DNA from: a virus
DNA length: 49,654 bases
Strand: one strand, 5' to 3'
IMG/VR virus record: IMGVR_UViG_3300045988_105566
The position numbers and the translations under genes were made by a program. Below the pieces are notes generated by a model. The model did no database searches. It was not told where the DNA came from and saw only the letters and a list, made by a program, of their open reading frames with translations. Shown here in pieces: positions 41,419-49,572 of the stretch. Numbering within the stretch: position 1 is the first letter of the stretch; every line of letters begins with the position of its first letter.

Positions 41419-42207
41419 ATGCTGATAGTAAAGCAGGACAAGACCCGCAAGGAGGAAGAGGGACAGATATTCGTCGAACTCACGATTTACCGTGATGTCA
41501 GGAATATCGCAGACTGCAACCGCCTCGGATATTGGTGCGACAAAGCGCATCTGTCGCACTTCATCATGGAATGCGCGAAATGTTTTACGCAAGACGAATT
41601 AAAAAACATACTGAAAATGAACGGAAACAATATTTACATCGAGAAAAACAACCTGCTCGATGCCTACAAGAAAGGCAATGCCGATAACAAGAAGATGCTC
41701 GAAAATCTCTTCGGCAAGGAGATGTTCCGCCCGAAAAACATCATGGAGCGCATCAAGACCTTTGATGACGCATTCAAGGAACTCGGCGAGCACCATCCGC
41801 TCGTAAAAGAATACCACAAACGGCATCTGTTCCTCGAAGACGATTCGGATATTAGCTCCGATCTCGTAGCCTACCTCAAACTCCGCATCATTACCGCCGC
41901 TCTCAACGAGGGTTGGACACCGCAGTTCACCGAGGACGAATACCGCTACTTCCCGTGGTTTTGGCTCTACACCAAGGAGGAGATCGCCAAGATGGACAAG
42001 GAGGAGCGCAAGAAAGTTGTCCTGTTCGGCGGTCCTGCGTATGACTGCGCGGATGCCGGTTTTGCGTCTGCGGATTCGTCTAACACGCGCCCTCGAGTAC
42101 GTATGCGACTGTCGGGTCTCGCCTTTGCTTCAAATCGTCCGCGCTGGCGAAATACGCAGGTGAACAATTCGCTGAAATCTACTTTGCTTTCGTGGGGAAA
42201 TAGATGA
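41419..42207 (+). CDS. DGR target protein 2 (remote); VR2 carries a 2-nt indel, so possibly a pseudogene
   Basis: The C-terminal VVLFGGPAYDCADAGFASADSSNT is collinear with TR/VR1. After the 2-nt insertion the listed frame diverges, while the other frame restores APSSTYATVGSRLCF. Confidence 0.7.
   Translation: MLIVKQDKTRKEEEGQIFVELTIYRDVRNIADCNRLGYWCDKAHLSHFIMECAKCFTQDELKNILKMNGNNIYIEKNNLLDAYKKGNADNKKMLENLFGKEMFRPKNIMERIKTFDDAFKELGEHHPLVKEYHKRHLFLEDDSDISSDLVAYLKLRIITAALNEGWTPQFTEDEYRYFPWFWLYTKEEIAKMDKEERKKVVLFGGPAYDCADAGFASADSSNTRPRVRMRLSGLAFASNRPRWRNTQVNNSLKSTLLSWGNR
42016..42128 (+). repeat. VR2 (second variable repeat)
   Basis: Aligns to TR 24458..24568. By hand count 18 of 29 TR adenines are substituted, with no non-A substitutions. 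There is one CG insertion around 42084..42087. Confidence 0.88.
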
Positions 42208-42959
42208 TGGGAGGATGGATAAAAATATATCAAACCATTCGGGAGCATTGGATATGGAATGATCCGCGAAAATTGAAGTGGTGGATCGACCTGCTGATGC
42301 TCGCCGAATGGAGAGATAGCAAACGCCTTGTTGGATCAGACCTCGTAACCATCAAACGGGGGCAATTGATCGCATCCGTCCACTATCTCCGCGAGCGGTG
42401 GGCATACAAAGATGACAACGGGGTGCAGCGCAAGCCGTCCGAGCATACCATCCTCAAATTTCTATCTCTCCTCGAAGCAGATCAGATGATAAGCCGCGCG
42501 AAACACCCTGCCACCCGTGCAACGATGATTACGATAGTTAATTACGATGATTACCAGCAGAATAGCGCAGCAGGATGCAACGAGGGCAGCAACGACCCCT
42601 GCAACGACGGGTGCAACGATCCCTGCACAGAAGATAAGAATAATAAGAATATAAAAGACAATAGAGAGGGGAAAAGTGGAAAAAGCGAAAAACGCTTTTC
42701 CCCGCCCTCTATCGAGGAGGTTGATTCTTATATCAGGGAAAAGGGGTACACGGTGGATGCCGAGCGATTCGTGAACTTTTACGAGAGCAAGGGATGGTAT
42801 GTCGGCAAGAACAAGATGAAAAACTGGCGTGCGGCGGTGGCAACATGGCAAAAAGAAGACAACAAACGAAATGGGATCAATCAACAAAGATCATGTGATA
42901 AACGTCGAGGGACTGAGGCGACAGCTACTCGCCCGGAAGACTACGAGGGGAAATTTTAA
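42204..42959 (+). CDS. Replication organiser/initiator-like protein (intact copy)
   Basis: N-terminal winged-helix-like region, a CN(D/E)x repeat linker and a C-terminal FSPPSIEEVDSYIREKGYTVDAERFVNFYESKGW motif recalled from phage replication proteins. Lies upstream of the DnaC-like loader and spans the IR boundary. Confidence 0.55.
   Translation: MMGGWIKIYQTIREHWIWNDPRKLKWWIDLLMLAEWRDSKRLVGSDLVTIKRGQLIASVHYLRERWAYKDDNGVQRKPSEHTILKFLSLLEADQMISRAKHPATRATMITIVNYDDYQQNSAAGCNEGSNDPCNDGCNDPCTEDKNNKNIKDNREGKSGKSEKRFSPPSIEEVDSYIREKGYTVDAERFVNFYESKGWYVGKNKMKNWRAAVATWQKEDNKRNGINQQRSCDKRRGTEATATRPEDYEGKF
42576..42623 (+). repeat. Four tandem degenerate 12-mers (TGCAACGAgggc-type)
   Basis: tgcaacgagggc agcaacgacccc tgcaacgacggg tgcaacgatccc. 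The IR boundary (42587) lies at the unit 1/2 border. The mirror at 7032..7067 is followed by a different unit-like 12-mer at 7068..7079. Confidence 0.85.
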
Positions 42960-43542
42960 GTGGTCGGTGAGCTTGAAGCAGGCAGCGGACATTCTGCTGG
43001 CAGCATATCAGGCGGAAGTCGAATACCGCCACCGCAGGTTCATCGAGGACAAGGCGACCAAAACCAACATCGAACGGCTGGCCGCATTCCTGATCCGCGA
43101 CGATGCCAAGTTCGGGGTAATGCTCTGCGGCGTACCCGGCAATGGTAAAACAACTCTCCTGTATGCCTTTCAGTCGGCGGTGAATTGGCTCAACGACATA
43201 GGGCATTTCGAGGGCAAACGGGCCGGTATTCGGATCGTCGATGCAAAGGAGGTAGTTATGCTCGCAAAGGATTTCGAGGCATTCCGTAACCTACGCAATA
43301 TGCCGATGATCGCCATTGAGGACATGGGGCGCGAACCGATAGAGGTTCTCGACTATGGGAACATCCTCAATCCGGTTGTCGATATGCTCGAATATCGCTA
43401 CAACATGCAGCTCTTCACGTTCATCACGACCAATCTCACGAAATCGCAAATCCGCGAGAAGTACGGCAACCGCATCGCAGACCGATTCAACGAGATGCTC
43501 GAAGTCATCATTTTCAAGAATGAGACCTATCGGGACAAATGA
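42829..43542 (+). CDS. DnaC/IstB-like AAA+ helicase loader
   Basis: Mirror of 6113..6826(-). Identical translation. Confidence 0.75.
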   Translation: MRRWQHGKKKTTNEMGSINKDHVINVEGLRRQLLARKTTRGNFKWSVSLKQAADILLAAYQAEVEYRHRRFIEDKATKTNIERLAAFLIRDDAKFGVMLCGVPGNGKTTLLYAFQSAVNWLNDIGHFEGKRAGIRIVDAKEVVMLAKDFEAFRNLRNMPMIAIEDMGREPIEVLDYGNILNPVVDMLEYRYNMQLFTFITTNLTKSQIREKYGNRIADRFNEMLEVIIFKNETYRDK

Positions 43543-43652
43543 AATTAAGGCGATTTGCCGCGAGTTTCAGGTAACGGCGATAAGATGGTCGGATAATCCG
43601 AAATAATGCGGCATATCGCAGAAAACAGAGCAAAGACACAAAATTCAACGCA

Positions 43653-44003
43653 ATGGGGACAGAAGTAAAATTAAAACGGGAGGCAATCGAGCGACGCATC
43701 GCCGAATTGGAGGGCAAGATGCCCGACATCCAAGCCTCCAAAGAGGGAGCCGAAGCGCGGGCAACGATCCGCAGGCTGAAAGCGCGGCTCAAAACCTATC
43801 CGCAAGAGCCGAAAAAGCGGATTTACAAAGTCAAGGCCCGATTCATTTTCGACGGCGTTTTCGAGATTCGCGCCCACACTCGCAAAGAGGCCGTGCAGAT
43901 GGCAAAAATCGGATGCGGGATGAACATCGGAGAAATCCACACCTGCTACGGGACTGACGTAGATTGGGAATTTGATTGCAAACCGGATAAAATCGTGAAA
44001 TAA
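43653..44003 (+). CDS. Hypothetical 116-aa protein
   Basis: Mirror of 5652..6002(-). Confidence 0.55.
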   Translation: MGTEVKLKREAIERRIAELEGKMPDIQASKEGAEARATIRRLKARLKTYPQEPKKRIYKVKARFIFDGVFEIRAHTRKEAVQMAKIGCGMNIGEIHTCYGTDVDWEFDCKPDKIVK

Positions 44004-44011
44004 CCGATACC

Positions 44012-44203
44012 ATGACACAAGACGAATTTGACGCACTACGATTTTGCGCAGGCATGATCGCAGAATACAGAGGAAGCTGGTATAAAGTCATATCATGCAA
44101 CTTTCCCGAACGCTTATTTGCCTTATGCGATGACAGCGGAATTGATGCAGACGACCCGATGTGGGTGCGTTGCGAAAATGTTTCACAAGTAAGATATAGT
44201 TAA
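44012..44203 (+). CDS. Hypothetical 63-aa protein
   Basis: Mirror of 5452..5643(-). Confidence 0.45.
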   Translation: MTQDEFDALRFCAGMIAEYRGSWYKVISCNFPERLFALCDDSGIDADDPMWVRCENVSQVRYS

Positions 44204-44205
44204 TC

Positions 44206-44493
44206 ATGATTCACATAGGAGCTATCAGGAAAATATTTCGCGGCTGGCGCATCCTCATCTGCGCATGGGTGGACGACAATAGCCCGCTGAAATCGCAGTT
44301 TTTCATGCTCTTTCGCGGCGATAACGGGAAAGAGTACATCAGGATCGGAAAGGGGTACGACCCCAAGACAGACACCTACCCACGCATGGTCGTTACGCGC
44401 TGGTCGATCATCCGGTATGTCGGGGAACGCCATTGGGAGAAATCCTTTGTGTGGTTCGGCCTCGGTAAATTCATGGACGGCAGGGATATGTAA
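44206..44493 (+). CDS. Hypothetical 95-aa protein
   Basis: Mirror of 5162..5449(-). Confidence 0.5.
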   Translation: MIHIGAIRKIFRGWRILICAWVDDNSPLKSQFFMLFRGDNGKEYIRIGKGYDPKTDTYPRMVVTRWSIIRYVGERHWEKSFVWFGLGKFMDGRDM

Positions 44494-44515
44494 TAATCAA
44501 TAATTCAACGCAACT

Positions 44516-44764
44516 ATGAAAGAGAATAAAATCAGTATCGAAATCACCGCTGACGGTTGGAAAACCGATGTAACGATCAACGGCAAAACCTATTCCGAAC
44601 GGCATATCGGACATTATGGCAGCTCGGAGTGCGTCGAGGGGAACTTTGAAGAAGATGATGAAATCCCCGAATCAATCTACGATGCGCTCAACGACTTTTT
44701 CTGCTTCGGCTGCCAACAGGCATTGGCGCAGTTTGAAATTGAAGAGGGAATCGAGGAGGAATAG
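44516..44764 (+). CDS. Hypothetical 82-aa acidic protein
   Basis: Mirror of 4891..5139(-). Confidence 0.55.
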   Translation: MKENKISIEITADGWKTDVTINGKTYSERHIGHYGSSECVEGNFEEDDEIPESIYDALNDFFCFGCQQALAQFEIEEGIEEE

Positions 44765-44766
44765 TC

Positions 44767-45027
44767 ATGGAGATCAAACCAAAATTTCAGTTCGTCGAGG
44801 GTAGTTTCGATACCCAACGGGTAAAACTACTCTGCATACCGGATGATAATCACGGACGGGTCGATCTCTGCATCAAAGACCCCGACTGCGGATGGAATAT
44901 CCCTATCGGCCAAATAAAGCTATTCAGCCGCGATTTGTACCGCGACTTCAAAGAAACACTACCCGACGCTACGAAACTCGGAGAAGAGATCGCACGTCGA
45001 TGGAATGAATGCGAAACCAAAAAATAA
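44767..45027 (+). CDS. Hypothetical 86-aa protein
   Basis: Mirror of 4628..4888(-). Confidence 0.5.
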   Translation: MEIKPKFQFVEGSFDTQRVKLLCIPDDNHGRVDLCIKDPDCGWNIPIGQIKLFSRDLYRDFKETLPDATKLGEEIARRWNECETKK

Positions 45028-45033
45028 GGCGAT

Positions 45034-46521
45034 ATGAAACTGCTATACATCGACTTATTCTGCGGAGCTGGCGGAACCTCTACCGGCGTTGAGAACGCTC
45101 GCCATGATGGACGGCAATGTGCAAAGGTCATCGGGTGCGTAAACCATGATGCAAATGCGATTGCCTCTCATGCCGCTAATCATCCCGACGCGCTGCACTT
45201 CACGGAGGATATTCGCACGCTGGAACTCTCGCCGCTGACAGCTCATATCGCCGAAATGCGGCGGCAATATCCCGATGCGTTCGTCGTCTTGTGGGCCAGT
45301 CTCGAATGTACGAATTTCAGCAAGGCCAAAGGCGGCCAGCCCCGCGATGCCGACAGCCGGACGCTGGCCGAGCATCTCTTCCGATACATCGAGGCTATCA
45401 ACCCCGACTACATTCAGATCGAGAACGTCGAGGAGTTCATGTCATGGGGCGACCTCGACGAGAACGGCAAGCCGATCAGTAAAGATGCAGGACGGCTGTA
45501 TCAGCAATGGGTGTCGAATGTCTGCGGCTACGGTTATCGGTTCGCGCATCGGATTCTAAACTCGGCCGATTACGGGGCATACACCACTCGTCGCCGATTC
45601 TTCGGCATCTTCGCCAAAGAGAGCCTCCCGATAGTGTTCCCCGAACCGACGCACAGCAAGGACGGCGCAACGGGATTATTCGGTCGGACGCAACGCTGGA
45701 AGCCCGTGCGCGAGGTGCTGGACTTTTCCGATGAGGGCGAAAGTATTTTCGGGCGCAAGAAACCGCTCGTCGATGCGACCCTCGAACGCATCTACGCGGG
45801 TCTCATCAAGTTTGTTGCAGGCGGCAAAGAGGCATTCTTGGTGAAATGGAACTCGATGAGTCAAACCGGGAAATACCACGCACCGAGCATCGACGAACCT
45901 TGCCCGACCGTTGCAACGCAGAATAGGCTCGGCATTGCGCAGGTCAATTTCCTTTCCAAGCATTACGGAGGCAGTCCGGAGGGCAAATGCGTTTCGGTCG
46001 AAGAGCCTGCGGGGACAATAACGACATGGGATCATCACTCGTTCATCACGGCATATTACGGGAACGGGCATAACCACTCCATCGACGCACCCGCGCCGAC
46101 GCTGACCACAAGGGATAGGCTCGCGTTCGTGGATATGCAGTACGGGAACGGAGCGCCCTGCGACATCGAAAGCCCTGCACCGACGGTTACAACCAATCCG
46201 AAACTCCAGCTCGTAACCTGCCGAATGGAGCAGCAAGAAAGCACAACCACAATAACCTCTGACGACAGTCCGGCGATGGCAAAAATCAAGCGATTCATGG
46301 CGTTGTACGGCATCGTCGATATAAAGATGCGGATGCTCCGCATTCCCGAATTGAAACGGATCATGGGCTTTCCCCCCGATTACGTTCTCGTCGGGACACA
46401 GGCCGATCAAAAGAAATTCATCGGTAACGCGGTCGAGGTCAATATGGCGCGGGTTCTCTGCGAGGCCCTTTGTGCCCGATTAATTGAGGGCGATTGGCGT
46501 CCGATACAAATAGCAGCATAA
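45034..46521 (+). CDS. DNA (cytosine-5)-methyltransferase
   Basis: Mirror of 3134..4621(-). Confidence 0.85.
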   Translation: MKLLYIDLFCGAGGTSTGVENARHDGRQCAKVIGCVNHDANAIASHAANHPDALHFTEDIRTLELSPLTAHIAEMRRQYPDAFVVLWASLECTNFSKAKGGQPRDADSRTLAEHLFRYIEAINPDYIQIENVEEFMSWGDLDENGKPISKDAGRLYQQWVSNVCGYGYRFAHRILNSADYGAYTTRRRFFGIFAKESLPIVFPEPTHSKDGATGLFGRTQRWKPVREVLDFSDEGESIFGRKKPLVDATLERIYAGLIKFVAGGKEAFLVKWNSMSQTGKYHAPSIDEPCPTVATQNRLGIAQVNFLSKHYGGSPEGKCVSVEEPAGTITTWDHHSFITAYYGNGHNHSIDAPAPTLTTRDRLAFVDMQYGNGAPCDIESPAPTVTTNPKLQLVTCRMEQQESTTTITSDDSPAMAKIKRFMALYGIVDIKMRMLRIPELKRIMGFPPDYVLVGTQADQKKFIGNAVEVNMARVLCEALCARLIEGDWRPIQIAA

Positions 46522-46525
46522 TACT

Positions 46526-46723
46526 ATGGCAAAGAGAATTATAACCGCAATCCTTAATCACGACATGGACTTCCTGATTCATTTTCAGAGAAACGTGATT
46601 AAAAACTGCTCCGTAGAGGGGATTGATCCTCGTATGCTTTCGGCAATGCGGGATATTCTACACATCCTCGAAGCGGTAAAAGAAATCGGAATTTTAACAG
46701 AACTACCCAACAAAGAAAGCTAA
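46526..46723 (+). CDS. Hypothetical 65-aa protein
   Basis: Mirror of 2932..3129(-). Confidence 0.45.
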   Translation: MAKRIITAILNHDMDFLIHFQRNVIKNCSVEGIDPRMLSAMRDILHILEAVKEIGILTELPNKES

Positions 46724-46728
46724 TAACC

Positions 46729-47178
46729 ATGATTGAACCTCAAATCTTATACGGCGTTACATGCGACCGTTGCGGGGAGACCCTCATCAATAGCAATGAC
46801 AATAGTGCTTGGTATGACCGCAGCACAGCGGAAGAAGAAGCATCCGAGGAGGATTGGCACTCGGTAAGCAGTCATCATTATTGCCCGAACTGCTATCGGG
46901 AAGATGACGACGGTAATCGAACTATTAAAGCACCATTTCCCTACTATGTGCAGAAAATCAACCGATTCATGAATCGTATAGCGAAATCCTACCCATGCCG
47001 CATTGTCGAGGAAGACGATCATTTCGCTCTTCATGGAAACACACAGGATGGCAAGCAGCTCGCTCCATGCGACGAAGAATGGGTACGATCCTACGCCGCC
47101 GACAAACTCCTCGGTATTCAGATGATCGACAAAGGATGCGCGAATGCCGAATATATCATCCGATTACGCAAAGAATAG
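46729..47178 (+). CDS. Zinc-ribbon protein, hypothetical
   Basis: Mirror of 2477..2926(-). Confidence 0.55.
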   Translation: MIEPQILYGVTCDRCGETLINSNDNSAWYDRSTAEEEASEEDWHSVSSHHYCPNCYREDDDGNRTIKAPFPYYVQKINRFMNRIAKSYPCRIVEEDDHFALHGNTQDGKQLAPCDEEWVRSYAADKLLGIQMIDKGCANAEYIIRLRKE

Positions 47179-47182
47179 AACC

Positions 47183-47344
47183 ATGAAAATCAACAGACAA
47201 ATAAACGAATGTCATTGCTACAACTGCCGAAAATACGAAGAATGCCAAACCAAAGGCGTATTCGACGATGATCCGGGCTTCGACTTCTGCGTGAACTATG
47301 AGGATGTGAGCTATCCCGATGACGATAACGATGAAAACGATTGA
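47183..47344 (+). CDS. Small Cys-rich acidic protein
   Basis: Mirror of 2311..2472(-). Confidence 0.45.
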   Translation: MKINRQINECHCYNCRKYEECQTKGVFDDDPGFDFCVNYEDVSYPDDDNDEND

Positions 47345-47347
47345 GCC

Positions 47348-47623
47348 ATGAAAAGCGAAAAAGCAAAGGAATACATTACACATGCCACGTGTACGGCACA
47401 AGAGTATGCTGAAAGATTCGGAGGGCGCGAGTTGGTCGTGTCAAGATGGGATGTGTCTACCGCTATCGAACTTGCCGAGCAGGATGCCGAGATGCGAATG
47501 CGTGAGAAAGCGATTAAAGCGTATTGCAGCGAATGTGCATGCTATGAAACGGGGGCCTGCGCATTAGACCCCGACAAATGTGCGACAAAACTACTTTTTG
47601 TCCAAAACATGACCGAGGAATGA
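47348..47623 (+). CDS. Hypothetical Cys-rich early protein
   Basis: Mirror of 2032..2307(-). Confidence 0.55.
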   Translation: MKSEKAKEYITHATCTAQEYAERFGGRELVVSRWDVSTAIELAEQDAEMRMREKAIKAYCSECACYETGACALDPDKCATKLLFVQNMTEE

Positions 47624-47931
47624 AAAGTCAGAAAGCAAAAGAATTTATAGACGGGTGCATGGCTCATCTCACAGTAGAGATGAGCGACCACGCCAAATGG
47701 CAGCTCCGGGCGGCAATGACCCATGCGGCCGAACTCGCCGAGCAAGAAATGGAGGGATTCTACACCTGCTGGATCGACCCGAAAGACTTCATGCCCGAAG
47801 CGAATAAGAATGTCCTCGTAAAATGTTCCAGCGGGGAGATTCAGACCGATTTCTATGCGCCTGAATTGGGCGGATTCTTCATCGAACACTCAACCCACGC
47901 CAAAGTCACCGGCTGGCGCGAAATGATGTAG
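47620..47931 (+). CDS. Hypothetical early protein, DUF551-like C-terminus
   Basis: Mirror of 1724..2035(-). Confidence 0.5.
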   Translation: MKSQKAKEFIDGCMAHLTVEMSDHAKWQLRAAMTHAAELAEQEMEGFYTCWIDPKDFMPEANKNVLVKCSSGEIQTDFYAPELGGFFIEHSTHAKVTGWREMM

Positions 47932-47935
47932 CGAT

Positions 47936-48787
47936 ATGGGAATGCGAGGGACACGGGGAGGAACCCCGACCAAACCGAAACACACCGAGGAGAGCATCCA
48001 GCAGGCGTTGTATTGGAATCATCCAATTCTGACAAAACCCGCTTTCGAGATGGTCGGCTTCATCTTCTATGCGTGGGAATCCGATTATTTGGCAATCTCC
48101 AAAGCCGGATACGTGTACGAGTGCGAGATCAAGATCAGCCACTCGGATTTCCTGAATGAGGCAATCCATAAGCAGAATAAGATGCGCATCTTACAAGGGT
48201 TATCCGCCTCGGATGGAACAATTGACGATCGACGACCGAACTACTTTTGGTATGTCTGTCCGGAAGGGATCATCTCCGAGGCTGAATGCCCGAAGTTCGC
48301 AGGGCTGATGTATATCACCGATTCGGGCACATTCCGCTGCATCAAGTCCGCTCCATGCCTCCACAAGGCCAAGTACGACACGCAGGCCGATTTGCTCCGG
48401 CGGGATATGCGGGATAAGTTCTACTATGCAATGTGGAATTGGATTCGCCGCTATTGGCGCAACATCGGCAAGGCGAAAGATATTGCCCCGCAGACCGCTG
48501 CCGCATACGAGCGGGCATTGGATAAGCAAGTCGAAGAGGTTGCCGACCTGAAATATCGGCTTTCTTCTCTGACGCAATGGCGCGACATTCAGGCCGACCC
48601 GAAATGGGGATTTGCCACCGATGACGCCATAGATGAGATATTTCGCAATCTGCCGCGTCTTGTCAGGGACAAACGGGATGGGAGCATCGAACTCATCGAC
48701 TACGATAATGCCGCCGAATGGCGCGGCGATTTAGAGCGCAAACCGAGCCTCTACCAATGGCTACCAATTAACGGAAATACACTATGA
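47936..48787 (+). CDS. PD-(D/E)xK nuclease-fold protein, MmcB-like
   Basis: Mirror of 868..1719(-). Confidence 0.55.
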   Translation: MGMRGTRGGTPTKPKHTEESIQQALYWNHPILTKPAFEMVGFIFYAWESDYLAISKAGYVYECEIKISHSDFLNEAIHKQNKMRILQGLSASDGTIDDRRPNYFWYVCPEGIISEAECPKFAGLMYITDSGTFRCIKSAPCLHKAKYDTQADLLRRDMRDKFYYAMWNWIRRYWRNIGKAKDIAPQTAAAYERALDKQVEEVADLKYRLSSLTQWRDIQADPKWGFATDDAIDEIFRNLPRLVRDKRDGSIELIDYDNAAEWRGDLERKPSLYQWLPINGNTL

Positions 48788-49572
48788 AAGACATAGAATT
48801 ATTCAACGATCATTTTCAAAATTTCAAGGCATACGGCATCCCCAAAGCGCAGCTTATCATCGCCGATGTGCCGTATAACCTCGGTGCGAATGCCTATGCC
48901 AGCAATCCGGCATGGTATGTTGATGGCGACAATAAGAACGGCGAGAGCGCACTCGCAGGCAAGCAGTTTTTCGACACCGACAAGGATTTCCGGCCTGCGG
49001 AGTTCATGCACTTTTGTAGTCAAATGCTTCGTAAGGACAAGCCTATCAAAGAGGAGAAATCCGAGGGGGGGGGAAGATCGAAAGGAGGCGCGGCCTGTAT
49101 GATCCTTTTCTGTCCTTTCGAGCAGATGCACTATTATATCGAACTCGGACAACGATATGGACTGAAACGCTACATCCCGCTCGTATTCCGCAAGGATTTC
49201 TCCGCGCAGGTACTCAAAGCCAACATGAAAGTCGTCGGCAACTGCGAATACGGATTGATTCTCTACCGCGACCGCCTACCGAAATTCAACAATGACGGGA
49301 GGATGATATTCAACTGCTTCGATTGGGTACGCGATACAGATACGCCGAAGATCCACCCGACGCAGAAACCCGTTCCCCTGCTGGAACGCCTGATCGAGAT
49401 ATTCACCGACAAAGGGGATGTAGTCATCGACCCGTGCGCAGGAAGCGGAACAACCCTGCTCGCGGCTGCCAATATGGGCCGAAAAGCATACGGATTCGAG
49501 ATCAAAAAGGATTTCTGTGCCGAGGCAAGAGTAAAGGTATTACCAAGAATTTCAAAATCGCTATTCGTATGA
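48784..49572 (+). CDS. DNA methyltransferase, beta-class N6-adenine/N4-cytosine type
   Basis: Mirror of 83..871(-). Confidence 0.85.
   Translation: MKDIELFNDHFQNFKAYGIPKAQLIIADVPYNLGANAYASNPAWYVDGDNKNGESALAGKQFFDTDKDFRPAEFMHFCSQMLRKDKPIKEEKSEGGGRSKGGAACMILFCPFEQMHYYIELGQRYGLKRYIPLVFRKDFSAQVLKANMKVVGNCEYGLILYRDRLPKFNNDGRMIFNCFDWVRDTDTPKIHPTQKPVPLLERLIEIFTDKGDVVIDPCAGSGTTLLAAANMGRKAYGFEIKKDFCAEARVKVLPRISKSLFV
49065..49073 (+). repeat. G9 homopolymer inside the methyltransferase CDS
   Basis: Counted: gag ggg ggg gga (E-G-G-G). Mirror of 582..590. Confidence 0.9.
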
